Shown here: piece by piece, positions 51,018 to 61,437 of the stretch
How positions within the stretch are numbered: the stretch's first letter is position 1
How the letters are laid out: the number at the start of each line of letters is the position of its first letter
Assembly: GCA_038821645.1 (NCBI GenBank)
Contig: JAWBDT010000002.1
Span: 1 to 64,000, forward strand
From: Ignisphaera sp.
GTDB lineage: Archaea > Thermoproteota > Thermoprotei_A > Sulfolobales > Ignisphaeraceae
Length of the DNA: 64,000 nt
Reading direction: 5' to 3'
Program-made: the position numbers and the translations under genes
Notes under the pieces: generated by a model
The model's database searches: none
What the model was told of the DNA's origin: nothing
What the model saw: only the letters and a program-made list of their open reading frames with translations

Positions 51018-52295
51018 ATGATACCAATAGTTGTTGTACCTTTTGCGTCAGAAATACATGGAAAGGAGTACTATGTAGGCCTTTATGATATAATTAAGAA
51101 TCATATAGCTACATACGGTGTAGAGATTCATAAAGAGGTAATTACGGATCCAGAAGAGGCTATACGTGTAGGTAAGAAGTACTCAGGATTTCTACCTATA
51201 GCAATAATTTTAACCGGAGGTACGAGCAGTCTTATAGAGAACTTTAGTGATAGTGGTAACTTTGAAAGAATTATAATGTTTTCACATTCTCAACATAATA
51301 GTTTAGCTTCAGCAGTTTCAGCTAGGAGTAAAATGGAAAGAAAAGGTATTATGAGTCTTGTTTATCACTGTTCTAACATAAATAGTATTGAATGTATGTT
51401 GATCATTAGAGATATGATGAATGTAGTTAGATCCGTGACTACAGTAATAGGCTCTAGAATAGGTCTCGTAGTTGATAGAGATACTAAAAATGAGATTGAG
51501 GAAACTTTTGAATCAAGGTTTAATTCATCAATTCATATAAAATCTTTTGAGCAAGTTTTAGAGGAAATGAATCGTTGTAGTGAAAGCGACATTAATGAGG
51601 TAAAGAAAAGTATTATGAAGGTCATAGAGGTAGAGGGACCAAGCGAGTATATGGATGAAATAGCAAGGCTTTATCTAGTCTTAAAGAACTTTGTAGTTAA
51701 TGATAAACTTGATGCTATAGCTATTGATTGTTTTCCATTTATATTAAAGAAGGGTGTAACGCCTTGTATACCTTTATCGTTACTCAATTCTGAGGGTATT
51801 ATAGCTGGATGTGAAGCAGATCTTCCAGCTTTATTAGGTCTCATGTTGGCGCGATTATTGACTGGAAGAAGTGGATGGATAGCTAATGTAGTTGATGTTT
51901 CATCTAATAGATGTGTTTTAGCTCACTGTACCATAGCATTAGATATTGCTAAAAATGTTAGAGGTGTAACTCACTACGAATCTGGGAAACCCTATGGAGT
52001 AACTGGAGAGTATATTGGTGAGACTGTAACTATTCTTTCAATAGATAGAGACTTTACTGTAGCGTCAATTGCTACAGCCAATGTTGTAGCATCTGGTGCT
52101 TTAAGTTACTCAGCATGTAGAACACAAATGATTTTAGAATTTGGTCACAGTACTGAATATCTACCTAATATTGTTCCCAATAATCACCATATCGTTATGC
52201 AGGGAAATCTGAGTAAAAAGCTTACAGAAGCACTTTATTTGATGGGATTTGATGTAATTGAATATAGAGAATATGCAGGGTATTCATATGCCTAG
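51018..52295 (+). CDS. L-fucose/L-arabinose isomerase-like protein
   Basis: TGGT, HNSLAS, IDCF, GCEAD, LAHCT, THYESG, CRTQ and NHH. Confidence 0.85.
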   Translation: MIPIVVVPFASEIHGKEYYVGLYDIIKNHIATYGVEIHKEVITDPEEAIRVGKKYSGFLPIAIILTGGTSSLIENFSDSGNFERIIMFSHSQHNSLASAVSARSKMERKGIMSLVYHCSNINSIECMLIIRDMMNVVRSVTTVIGSRIGLVVDRDTKNEIEETFESRFNSSIHIKSFEQVLEEMNRCSESDINEVKKSIMKVIEVEGPSEYMDEIARLYLVLKNFVVNDKLDAIAIDCFPFILKKGVTPCIPLSLLNSEGIIAGCEADLPALLGLMLARLLTGRSGWIANVVDVSSNRCVLAHCTIALDIAKNVRGVTHYESGKPYGVTGEYIGETVTILSIDRDFTVASIATANVVASGALSYSACRTQMILEFGHSTEYLPNIVPNNHHIVMQGNLSKKLTEALYLMGFDVIEYREYAGYSYA

Positions 52296-52827
52296 GCCTA
52301 GGAAGTTCTACTATCTACTTCATCCAAGACCTGTAATCCTGTTGGTCTCTTTATGCCCCAATGATCGCGTAAATATTATGCCTGTTTCATGGATTACACC
52401 GATCTCCGAGGAACCTCCAACAGTAGGAGCTGCAATAAGTAAAGAAACATATACATATCACTGCTTAGAATATCACAAAGAAGTTACAATAAATATTCCA
52501 TCTATAGATCAAGTTGATAAGGTCTATAGCTTAGGAACTATTTCGGGAGCTAATGTAGACAAAGTTAAGTACTTTAAAATAGAGCTAGAGAAAGCTAAAA
52601 AAGTCTCGGTACCCATACTCAAGGATGCCGTAGGCTGGATCGAGGCTAAGGTTATTAATGTGGTTGATGTAGGTGAATCACGTTTCCATGTATTTGAGGT
52701 GCTTGAATATTATGTAAAAGAAGATGTGGCAGATGTTTGGGGATGGAATTTTGCAAAAATCAATATACCTCTACACGGCTCTGGTATGTTCTTCTATTAC
52801 GTTGGTAGATACATTAAAGCTAAATAA
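52288..52827 (+). CDS. Flavin reductase family protein
   Basis: LHPRPV, N.MP.SW..P.S..PP and G..SG..VDK. Confidence 0.9.
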   Translation: MPRPRKFYYLLHPRPVILLVSLCPNDRVNIMPVSWITPISEEPPTVGAAISKETYTYHCLEYHKEVTINIPSIDQVDKVYSLGTISGANVDKVKYFKIELEKAKKVSVPILKDAVGWIEAKVINVVDVGESRFHVFEVLEYYVKEDVADVWGWNFAKINIPLHGSGMFFYYVGRYIKAK

Positions 52828-53032
52828 TTTCAAGACATCTAAATACTAAGCCTAGAGTAATGTGATAAAGTTGGCACAACACTCAGCGAATTAGATTTGC
52901 TTACAACTATTGTAATCTTAGGTAGTGGAAATGTTAAATGGTATCTTAATTAATAAACCGAATAAAGTATTCTGTAGTCAAGCGTAATATCTCAAAATTA
53001 ACGAGAATTTCAGTAGATTGTTGTGATGTAAC

Positions 53033-54100
53033 ATGGCCCAAATAAGGGCTTTAGCATTACATATACCTTTTTTTAATGATGATGAGAGTGTTATTGATAC
53101 TATAACTAAGATCATGGATAAGATTTCCGAATGCTTAGGTATTTGTGGTATGGAGCCTTGGACATTACGTTTGATACTTCCTACAGCTACAGACTGTAGA
53201 AAACTATATAGACTGTTACGAGATTTATTTAATGTGTTAAATGATGATATAATGGTGGGTTTAGGTACTGAAGAACATAGAGAATGTATAAATAATATAG
53301 TTCCATTATTAACTACATACCCAAAGCTCTATATGTCTACAAGATGCAATGATGATACATGTATCAAAAAAGTTGTTGATAATGTGTATCTTAGACGTGA
53401 CATTGATATTGATTATAACGTTTATACAAGATTTGCATTGGTTTTTGGTACATGGATTGAAACACCATATTTTCCCGCTACATGCAATTTTAGTAATGTA
53501 CTCGGATTAAGTATTTCATTAAGGTATGTAGATTTGGTTGAAAAAGCTCTTCTTGACAACAATGTGCTAGAATTATTTAAATTTATAGAGGAGTCTAATG
53601 ATAAAGCTATGTGTCTTTCTAAATGCTCTGACATACCATTCATTGGAATTGATTTATCATTATCTCCGTGGATGAACGAAAGTGTTGCAGGATTAATAGA
53701 AAAACTCATAAGAGATAAAATCGGGCATCCGGGAACCGTAAACGCTATATATAGTTTAAATAAATTGATAAACAGAATTATAGATAGACTTAAGCTTCGT
53801 AGTATAGGCTTCAATGAAGTTATGTTACCTGTAGCAGAAGATTCTATATTAAATGAACGAATAAAAAATGGTGATATAAGACTCCGAGACCTGATAAATT
53901 ACTCTTTGGTGTGCGTAGCAGGTTTAGATATGGTCGCTATACCGATTAATACGAATATTCATAGTATAGCAATTGATATGTTAACTATACATAAAATAAA
54001 AAGGAGAAATGTTGCAATGAGAGTAATACCGGTAAATCAAGATCCAACTACCTCAGTAAATTTGAAGATGTTTGGCACAACATATGTCGCAATGATTTGA
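53033..54100 (+). CDS. DUF711 family protein
   Basis: TPYFPA, GIDLSLSPW..ESV, GFNEVMLPVAED..L and VC.AGLDMV. Confidence 0.88.
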   Translation: MAQIRALALHIPFFNDDESVIDTITKIMDKISECLGICGMEPWTLRLILPTATDCRKLYRLLRDLFNVLNDDIMVGLGTEEHRECINNIVPLLTTYPKLYMSTRCNDDTCIKKVVDNVYLRRDIDIDYNVYTRFALVFGTWIETPYFPATCNFSNVLGLSISLRYVDLVEKALLDNNVLELFKFIEESNDKAMCLSKCSDIPFIGIDLSLSPWMNESVAGLIEKLIRDKIGHPGTVNAIYSLNKLINRIIDRLKLRSIGFNEVMLPVAEDSILNERIKNGDIRLRDLINYSLVCVAGLDMVAIPINTNIHSIAIDMLTIHKIKRRNVAMRVIPVNQDPTTSVNLKMFGTTYVAMI

Positions 54101-54107
54101 TGATACT

Positions 54108-55136
54108 ATGGTGAAATCATTGGAAACAATATTTCCAGAATTAGAGCAAGGACTACCCCTGCTCCTTAAGAATATCAGAGATAGATTCAACAAAGAGAAA
54201 GATTCTACAGAACAAGTTTTAAAGAGATATAGATGGTATGTAGTAGAAGAAGAAACAGAATGTAGTTGTGCAGCAACGGATTCAAGTTTCTTACTTATAG
54301 AATCTAGAATAGGACATATATATGTCATTCAAGGAGTGGCGGCAGTTTATATAATCCAAGATAATACCATAAAGAGATTAGCTTATAAAATTTTCTCGGA
54401 TGTAGGATTAATTAGTGCTATACCTACGAAGAAAAGCTATGTAGTTAGGAAATCAATTTTCAAGAAAGCTTTAACAAGTTATGCATATATGCTTGAATTA
54501 GAGAATATAGTAGATATTACAAGTACACAAGCAGTTGATATTGTGCTTATTGATGGTTCGTTCATTTCTTTTGCAACAACTAGGATAAGCAAGGAAGCAA
54601 AGACAACTATAGAGAGCGTCAAAGGTGTATATAGTCTAGAATCTATAGAAAATAAAAAGAATGTATACCTTAATGAGTTAAGCAAAAAGAAATATAGCGT
54701 CTTCTTAGCAAAATCATCAAACGCAGGATTCTATACACAAGGTCTATATTCTGATATGTATATTTTAGAGCTTACGAGATTATACAAAATCTATCCATAC
54801 TATAGATCCGGATTTCTAGAACCAGTCAAAATTAATATAAATGCTCTATCAAAAATCATTGATGTTAGTAATATTGGTATTAGTGACATTACTGTTACAT
54901 ACATGAGATTAAGAGATAATGCACCTGTTTACCAAATTTCATTTCCATACGAGATACATGAAGAAGTCATAAAATACATAGCCTCATGTTTGAAGAGATG
55001 GTCGTCTTCTGGTTATCCTGCACCACTAGAGTATGTTCATAGAATCAGTAAGATTCCTAGAAAAAGCCTTATCAATGCCATGATGCTCATAGGAATACCT
55101 ATAATTTCAGGCAGAGAAATAATAGAAATTACCTAA
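54108..55136 (+). CDS. NurA-family nuclease
   Basis: A.DSS, LE, IDGS, AK.S and GYP.PL..VH..SKI. Confidence 0.82.
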   Translation: MVKSLETIFPELEQGLPLLLKNIRDRFNKEKDSTEQVLKRYRWYVVEEETECSCAATDSSFLLIESRIGHIYVIQGVAAVYIIQDNTIKRLAYKIFSDVGLISAIPTKKSYVVRKSIFKKALTSYAYMLELENIVDITSTQAVDIVLIDGSFISFATTRISKEAKTTIESVKGVYSLESIENKKNVYLNELSKKKYSVFLAKSSNAGFYTQGLYSDMYILELTRLYKIYPYYRSGFLEPVKININALSKIIDVSNIGISDITVTYMRLRDNAPVYQISFPYEIHEEVIKYIASCLKRWSSSGYPAPLEYVHRISKIPRKSLINAMMLIGIPIISGREIIEIT

Positions 55137-55142
55137 GTCTTT

Positions 55143-55619
55143 TTAACTACTTATACATCCTATACTGTATAATGTTTCACGAACATAGTTCTCAAAACTG
55201 TTATAGGGAATATAACCGATAACGGTATCCACCAATCTACCATTATGCAGTACTAATGTTGTTGGAGTAGAGTATACATGGAATATCATGGCAATCTCAG
55301 GTACATAGTCTGCATTAACTTCAATAAATACAGCTTTATCTGAATAGACTTTAGCAACCTTAGCAAATATAGGCTTAAATAGCTGACAATAGGGACATAC
55401 TGTCGTAGTTATAAGAACAAAGGCTACTTTACATATTCCTACGGCTTGTATGAATTCATCATACGTACGTACAGAAATGGCTCCTTTACTTAAGTAGGCT
55501 TTGCAACAACTTTTTTCAACTGTTTTAATTTTAGAAACATTCGATGCCATTCCTGATGCAATTCTACTTAGTATTTCGTTTAACTCATCACTTTCATCGT
55601 TAATGTTACTGGTGTACAT
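55143..55619 (-). CDS. Thioredoxin family protein
   Basis: CPYC, VNAD and cis-Pro STPT; N-terminal extension. Confidence 0.9.
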   Translation of the reverse strand: MYTSNINDESDELNEILSRIASGMASNVSKIKTVEKSCCKAYLSKGAISVRTYDEFIQAVGICKVAFVLITTTVCPYCQLFKPIFAKVAKVYSDKAVFIEVNADYVPEIAMIFHVYSTPTTLVLHNGRLVDTVIGYIPYNSFENYVRETLYSIGCISS

Positions 55620-55851
55620 CAGTCTTAACCACTAACTTAATGTAATACTACTTTAAAAACCTAACTATATTAACAGCTACATTGTGATATTTTACCATAA
55701 TGTATTAATGATCTGACGAGACATTAGATGACTACAACTCAAAAAACCTCGTACTTGGAGTGAGGAAGGAGATTAGATCATATAAGGATATTATATTTTT
55801 AAGCTAAATGATTTACAGAGGTTAAGATCATAAAATTATCTTGGGAGTCTA

Positions 55852-56622
55852 ATGATGAAAATCGATGAGATTACGCATTTCTTGAATATCTTGGATTCTA
55901 TGAATACATTAATCAGTTCTTATGTCGTTGAACATAAGATCTTAGATCTCTCATCTCTAAATAGTAGATATTATATAGCTCTTCATGATGTATTATTACC
56001 AATAGCAATTAAAGATAGTGAAGATGGAATACCTAAAGTTCCACTTATTCCATATACTACAATATATATTCATGAACAAAAGATGTATGCTGTTATAAAG
56101 AGCTATTTCCTGCATAGAAAGTTTAACCACAATTTTTGGACTCATATTCCAGCCATAGACTTGACATCTAATGAAAGTTTACTGATTCTAGTCTCTTCGG
56201 CTTTAGCACATAAAATTGTTCTATCACCTAGCGAGAGAAATATTGTACGTATAATGCCAAGTAATATAAGAACATACATAGATGTGGCTTTAAAAATAAT
56301 TGAAAATTTCAACAATAAGTCTCTTGGAGAATTGAAAATAGATCATCGTCAAGTATTAAACATAATTGAATTCATCTTGTGGCTTAACGAACCTAAAGAT
56401 GATAACTTAAAAGAGATAAGATATCTCAAAGGTATAACTATGAGGGTTTTTAAACTTATATATAACGACTATGAAATAGATTTAAAGAGTTCTACGGCGT
56501 TTTCACCAAGATTTGTGGCTAAGCTTATCTCGATAATACCTAACACTATACTATTGGCTATAGTAAACAATGTAGAGACTGCATATAGAATAGCCCTTAC
56601 AAGTTCTCTACTAGGTAAGTAA
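55852..56622 (+). CDS. Hypothetical protein
   Basis: 256-aa ORF with no recognisable motif. Confidence 0.6.
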   Translation: MMKIDEITHFLNILDSMNTLISSYVVEHKILDLSSLNSRYYIALHDVLLPIAIKDSEDGIPKVPLIPYTTIYIHEQKMYAVIKSYFLHRKFNHNFWTHIPAIDLTSNESLLILVSSALAHKIVLSPSERNIVRIMPSNIRTYIDVALKIIENFNNKSLGELKIDHRQVLNIIEFILWLNEPKDDNLKEIRYLKGITMRVFKLIYNDYEIDLKSSTAFSPRFVAKLISIIPNTILLAIVNNVETAYRIALTSSLLGK

Positions 56623-56627
56623 CACCT

Positions 56628-57221
56628 TCATCTACTCATTTCAAAATCATTCACTGTTATCAGTATTGCACCTTCATTTAAAAGTTCCTCGATAGCTTTG
56701 GCAATAGATCCTCTTGGAATATCTACTCCTTTAATAGCGTCCATTAAGAGAAAGACTTGATATCCCAGTCTAAGTGCATCTAGTGCTGTAGCCTTTACAC
56801 AATAGTCTGTGGCAACACCACAGATAAATATTCTCTTTACTTCTCTTGATTTGAGTACTTGATCAAGATTTGTTCCTTCAAATCCACTATAGGCTTCTAT
56901 ATTCTCATCATAAGCTTTAGATATAACTAGTACGTCTTGAGGCAATGCTAGATCTGGATGAAACTCTGCCCCCTTGGTTCCCTGAATACAATGTGGAGGC
57001 CAAGGTCCCCCTCGAGATTTAAATGAGATATGGTTTGGCGGATGCCAATCTCGTGTTGCAATAATTACTGCTTTATTTCCTTTAAACATATTTATATAGT
57101 TATTTATTGTTGGTATAATTTCAAGGGCATTGGGTACAGGTAAAGCTCCTCCGGGCATAAAATCATTTTGCATGTCAACGATAATCAAAGCATCTGTAGA
57201 CCGTATTCTGATTATAGCCAT
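56628..57221 (-). CDS. pncA: Nicotinamidase/pyrazinamidase
   Basis: VDMQNDF.PGG.L, D.HP..H.SF, WPPHC, YSGF and ATDYCV. Confidence 0.94.
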   Translation of the reverse strand: MAIIRIRSTDALIIVDMQNDFMPGGALPVPNALEIIPTINNYINMFKGNKAVIIATRDWHPPNHISFKSRGGPWPPHCIQGTKGAEFHPDLALPQDVLVISKAYDENIEAYSGFEGTNLDQVLKSREVKRIFICGVATDYCVKATALDALRLGYQVFLLMDAIKGVDIPRGSIAKAIEELLNEGAILITVNDFEMSR

Positions 57222-57609
57222 AGATTGTCTGCACCAATAAATAGTGTATTCTACGACCTTATTAGATTTCATCAATTTTTATTCATAATATACAATTAAT
57301 ATACAATACTGATCATGTACTTAATTAACAAGCGAGAGATAGGATCATAATCTATATATTCTCATTTAAGGTGAATAAGAAATAAAATATTGTTGAAAGC
57401 AAGTGGCAAAGGACGATATTCATATTATAAACGTTACAGCTAAGTTTAATTGTTAATCTGCTTCAGAAATCTTATAGCTGTAACATAACGATCTCATCAT
57501 ATTAAATACATATTAATTCTACTACATTATATTACATAGATGTACAATTTTCAAGATAAATATAAGAATAAGGATCTTGATGACCCTATTAATTATACTG
57601 AATTCTCAT

Positions 57610-58458
57610 TTACTCTGGTAATCTAAAATATAATTCATCTACAATCTTTTTAATGATTTCTTTATCAATTATATAAATATTTTTACAAACTTCCTCTAGG
57701 ATGCTCCGCCTATTATTATTGCGGGAATATTTACCGAAATACCATAGGACAGCATCAATATGTAAAGGAGGTATATAAGAAGTAGCTGCAACTCTATTCC
57801 AGATGTCTCTCACAGTATCAGCTTTTTTCATTATTAATGATATTATGTTCCTATTTAGAGTTTGATTTACAACATCTATCATACTTGATGTATAAGTCAT
57901 GTATGCCACTCTACTATCTACCGGTATAGGTAACTCAAAAGGTAGTACAGATTCTAAGCCTTGAGCTTTATGAAAGTAATAAACAATTTTTATTGAAAAT
58001 ACAACTGTTTTATATTCGTATGATGTTTTTAAGCATTCTGATGTTTTTCTAGCTAACTCTAGATATTGCGTACTAGTAGTGTAGGATAAAACATCAAGAC
58101 ATTTGCCTATCTTCATTATTCTTTTGAGTTTGTTCTCATAAGCATAATTATTGTATCTATATGTAAATTCCTTTATTAAGTTTAGAAGTTGTTGAAGCTC
58201 TTTTAACTTATCACAATTTTTTACAATGAATTCTGTAAATTTTTTCCAAAAATGTTCACCTTTAGTTTTTAATCTATATGCAACTAAGGCGTTAATATAG
58301 AAGGCGTAAATAAGATGATCAGATTTACACATAGATATAGCTTTCATAATATATAGATATTGAGGATCAATATTTTCAAAAATTGTCACTTTTTCAATAC
58401 CTATGGACTTAAACATTTTAGCTACAGATTCAATTCTATCTCTATTAACAATAATCAT
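57610..58458 (-). CDS. Archaeal 8-oxoguanine DNA glycosylase/lyase (AGOG)
   Basis: DPQY, NALVAY.L...GE.FW, KTVVFSIK, IPVD.R and PPLHID..LW. Confidence 0.9.
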   Translation of the reverse strand: MIIVNRDRIESVAKMFKSIGIEKVTIFENIDPQYLYIMKAISMCKSDHLIYAFYINALVAYRLKTKGEHFWKKFTEFIVKNCDKLKELQQLLNLIKEFTYRYNNYAYENKLKRIMKIGKCLDVLSYTTSTQYLELARKTSECLKTSYEYKTVVFSIKIVYYFHKAQGLESVLPFELPIPVDSRVAYMTYTSSMIDVVNQTLNRNIISLIMKKADTVRDIWNRVAATSYIPPLHIDAVLWYFGKYSRNNNRRSILEEVCKNIYIIDKEIIKKIVDELYFRLPE

Positions 58459-58708
58459 GTTATTTCACTAATACTTAGATAAGCATCTATTAGCAAAATA
58501 TAAAGTTTACTGAAGAATTGAAGAATGGATCTCAAAATCTATCTTGTGCATTAAGGAAGTAGAATAATCATTATACATAGTAATATCAATATTGTTGTAT
58601 ATCATATATATGTCCTTGATATCAAACTTTGGTATAAATATTTCTATATTTCTATATCAAAACTTTATAATACACTCATCTAATATATTGATATCGTATT
58701 TTTGAGTA

Positions 58709-58762
58709 TCATGATGAAATGTAGCAAATCTGATTGTAATGATGAAGGGCTCTTATCTGAGA
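58709..58762 (+). ncRNA. C/D-box guide sRNA
   Basis: Four perfect boxes: ATGATGA, AATGTAGCAAAT, CTGA, ttgta, ATGATGA, AGGGCTCTTAT, CTGA. Confidence 0.88.
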
Positions 58763-58802
58763 ATTGAATTAATGTTTAGCATTAGTGAGGAATCTCTATG
58801 AA

Positions 58803-59291
58803 TTATTTGAAGAATTTATCTATGTATTCTTTTAATTTACGCCAAGTTTCATCAAGACTTTCAGGCATAACTTTAGTGTTAGCTATAACTGGCATAAAGT
58901 TTGTATCTCCATACCATCTGGGAACAACATGTATATGTAAATGACCTTCGATTCCTGCTCCTGCGGCTTTGCCTATATTTGCTCCAATGTTAATACCATC
59001 TGGATTATAGTTCTGTCTGATAGCTAATATAATGGTGTTTACTGTCTTTACAAGATCTAAGAGTTCTTCATCAGATAATAGCTCTGGGCTTGGTACATGT
59101 CTTATGGGAGCAATCATTGTATGACCATTATTGTAAGGGTATCGATTAAGCATTGCGATTGTGTACCTAGTTCTGTAAATAACATAGTTATATCTATCAT
59201 CACCTTGTACAGCCTTACAGAAGATACATTCATTATGTTTTGATAATGAGGCTATATAACTTCTGCGCCAAGGAGCCCATAATACATCCAT
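58803..59291 (-). CDS. HIT-family hydrolase
   Basis: LWAPWR..Y, CIFC, N.YPYN.GH and HLHIHVVPRW.GD.NF. Confidence 0.94.
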   Translation of the reverse strand: MDVLWAPWRRSYIASLSKHNECIFCKAVQGDDRYNYVIYRTRYTIAMLNRYPYNNGHTMIAPIRHVPSPELLSDEELLDLVKTVNTIILAIRQNYNPDGINIGANIGKAAGAGIEGHLHIHVVPRWYGDTNFMPVIANTKVMPESLDETWRKLKEYIDKFFK

Positions 59292-59354
59292 TTTATATCA
59301 CCATACTCTATACATTAGTTTCATGATTTAGATGCTATCGCTAGTTATATATGT

Positions 59355-60173
59355 TTATATTATCAATAAAGCTAAATGACACGTAACATAAAGAAATATT
59401 GCTATAGAAATCAGCGTAACCATAGGTATTCCCCATGTAACTACAATAGTTGTATCTGGTGGCAATTTTTTTAAGACATTGATCCAGTAAGTATCATCTT
59501 CTTCTACACTAAATGTTAATCTTTCTAAAACATTTGGTATATATATGGGATAATAGAAACGTTTAGCTTGAAGGTTTTTTACTTTGACTATTTTTCCGAA
59601 AAGTATGTAGTGTAACATTTTTCGTAGAGTTATTTGATGCTTTTTCAATTCCTTTACATGTATTATGTTGTAAACAACATTATAAATCATATATGTAAAT
59701 ACAATGAGTGAGTACAATATGAAGATAATAACTATTGGTGGTAGAAAAAGTATCAATAGTAAAGTATCTGAATTACTTAAGTAGTTGAGGTTCTGAGCTA
59801 AAACGAGCAATTCTATATTACTTGGATACATAGATATGAATGCTATAGTGCACAATACATCAGCTCCCCCAATTAATCCTAATACAAATGATAGAACACT
59901 TAATAATAGTATCATTAAGATAGATAATACAATAGATAGATACAAATGAAGTTCTACAAAACTAGTATAGACAATTTTTATGTGGTTTCCAATGTTTTTA
60001 ATTGATGTCACATTTATTGCTATTCCAAATACTATTGGAGGTATCCATACTAAGGGATTGATTTCACGCTTAATCCAGTCACTAAAAGCTGCATAACTAT
60101 ATACTACATAAGACAATATGCATTTCAAGATAACTCCAATAACAACTACATCTAAATCACCAGTAAAGCTCAT
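59355..60173 (-). CDS. Prepilin/prearchaellin peptidase (A24, PibD/FlaK-like)
   Basis: Multi-TM; SD...REI, GGAD and C-terminal VTWGIP.V. Confidence 0.88.
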   Translation of the reverse strand: MSFTGDLDVVVIGVILKCILSYVVYSYAAFSDWIKREINPLVWIPPIVFGIAINVTSIKNIGNHIKIVYTSFVELHLYLSIVLSILMILLLSVLSFVLGLIGGADVLCTIAFISMYPSNIELLVLAQNLNYLSNSDTLLLILFLPPIVIIFILYSLIVFTYMIYNVVYNIIHVKELKKHQITLRKMLHYILFGKIVKVKNLQAKRFYYPIYIPNVLERLTFSVEEDDTYWINVLKKLPPDTTIVVTWGIPMVTLISIAIFLYVTCHLALLII

Positions 60174-60279
60174 CTACATCTCCCTATCTCTATCTGCATT
60201 TAGGAGTTAAGCAAGTTTAGAGCCAATGTTAGGGTTTGAGCACAACTGTCAAAGAACACATTAATTTGTTTTTGCGTTT

Positions 60280-61248
60280 TTACTCTGGATCTCTAATACC
60301 TGCTTCTGTAATCACAAATACTGTTTCAATTTCTGGAAGGTGTGGTGCATCAACAATTCTAGCTATTCTCCTGTTTCCTCGACTCTTTTTAAGTTGTACT
60401 CTTATACCAGGTGCGTGATACAGCACATGCCCACCAATAGCAACAGTTGGATCACCATAAAATATATCAGGTCTTGCCATGACTTGATTTGTGATGATTA
60501 CAGCAACATCGTATAGTTCTGCTAATGACATAAGCTGATGTAGATGTTTATTCAGTTTTTGCTGTCTTATAGCTAGGTTTTCTCTTCCTGGATATTCAGC
60601 TCTAAAGTGACCAGTTATAGAGTCTACTACAACTAGACCTATGTTCTCCTTCGGTATCATTTCCTTTAATTCTTCTATTATCGCCATCTGATGATCACTA
60701 TTAACAGCCCTTATATAAAGTATTCCCTCCATAACGGCGTCAGGATTTAAACCTAGGGCTTTTGACATAGACTCTATTCGTTCCCATCTAAAGGTACCTT
60801 CACTATCTATGTATACAGCCTTCTTGCTTAAACCTCCTTTTTCTATAGGGAGTTGAACATTTACTGCTAATTGATGACATAACTGGGTTTTACCGCTACC
60901 AAATTCTCCAAAGAATTCAGTAATTGTTTTTACTTCGATACCTCCTCCAAGTAGATTATCAAGATTGCTACTACCTGTAGTTATTTTTGGAAGGCCAATT
61001 CTTTCTTTCTTTAGTTCTAATGCTGTTTTAAAGCTTAATCCGAGAGCGGCTCTTGCTTGTGAAATGAGTCTTTGAACTGTTGGCAAAGGTATTGCTAAAT
61101 TTTGACTAAGTTCTTGAGCATTTGCTACCGATAGTGCTTCTAAGGTGGTTATACCTACCTCTTGTAATTTCTTCAGTATGGTACTGGAGATACCTAAATC
61201 TTCAAGACTCTTAATCTTTTGTTCGGTCATATAGATTTCACTCTCCAC
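60280..61248 (-). CDS. radA: DNA repair and recombination protein RadA
   Basis: HhH N-domain, [34 protein letters not shown] and DAPHLPE. Confidence 0.97.
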   Translation of the reverse strand: MESEIYMTEQKIKSLEDLGISSTILKKLQEVGITTLEALSVANAQELSQNLAIPLPTVQRLISQARAALGLSFKTALELKKERIGLPKITTGSSNLDNLLGGGIEVKTITEFFGEFGSGKTQLCHQLAVNVQLPIEKGGLSKKAVYIDSEGTFRWERIESMSKALGLNPDAVMEGILYIRAVNSDHQMAIIEELKEMIPKENIGLVVVDSITGHFRAEYPGRENLAIRQQKLNKHLHQLMSLAELYDVAVIITNQVMARPDIFYGDPTVAIGGHVLYHAPGIRVQLKKSRGNRRIARIVDAPHLPEIETVFVITEAGIRDPE

Positions 61249-61437
61249 TAAGTTAGTGATACTAGATAAAAGACCTAATATAGTCTACTGCACCTAGCAG
61301 AAAGTTTTAGCCATTTATTATACAGATGATAGAGTAAACTACAATCTTGGTGAAGTTCTGAAAAATATAAACTTTATAATCACTTCTAATACTATGTAGT
61401 TGTGATCAGGGATTTAATCTATAGATTGGGTGAAGTA

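Noticed and set aside
57576-57602. TTGATGA-CCCTATTAATTATA-CTGA half C/D motif
   Set aside because: Single box pair with an AT-rich guide; no upstream C/D' pair seen.
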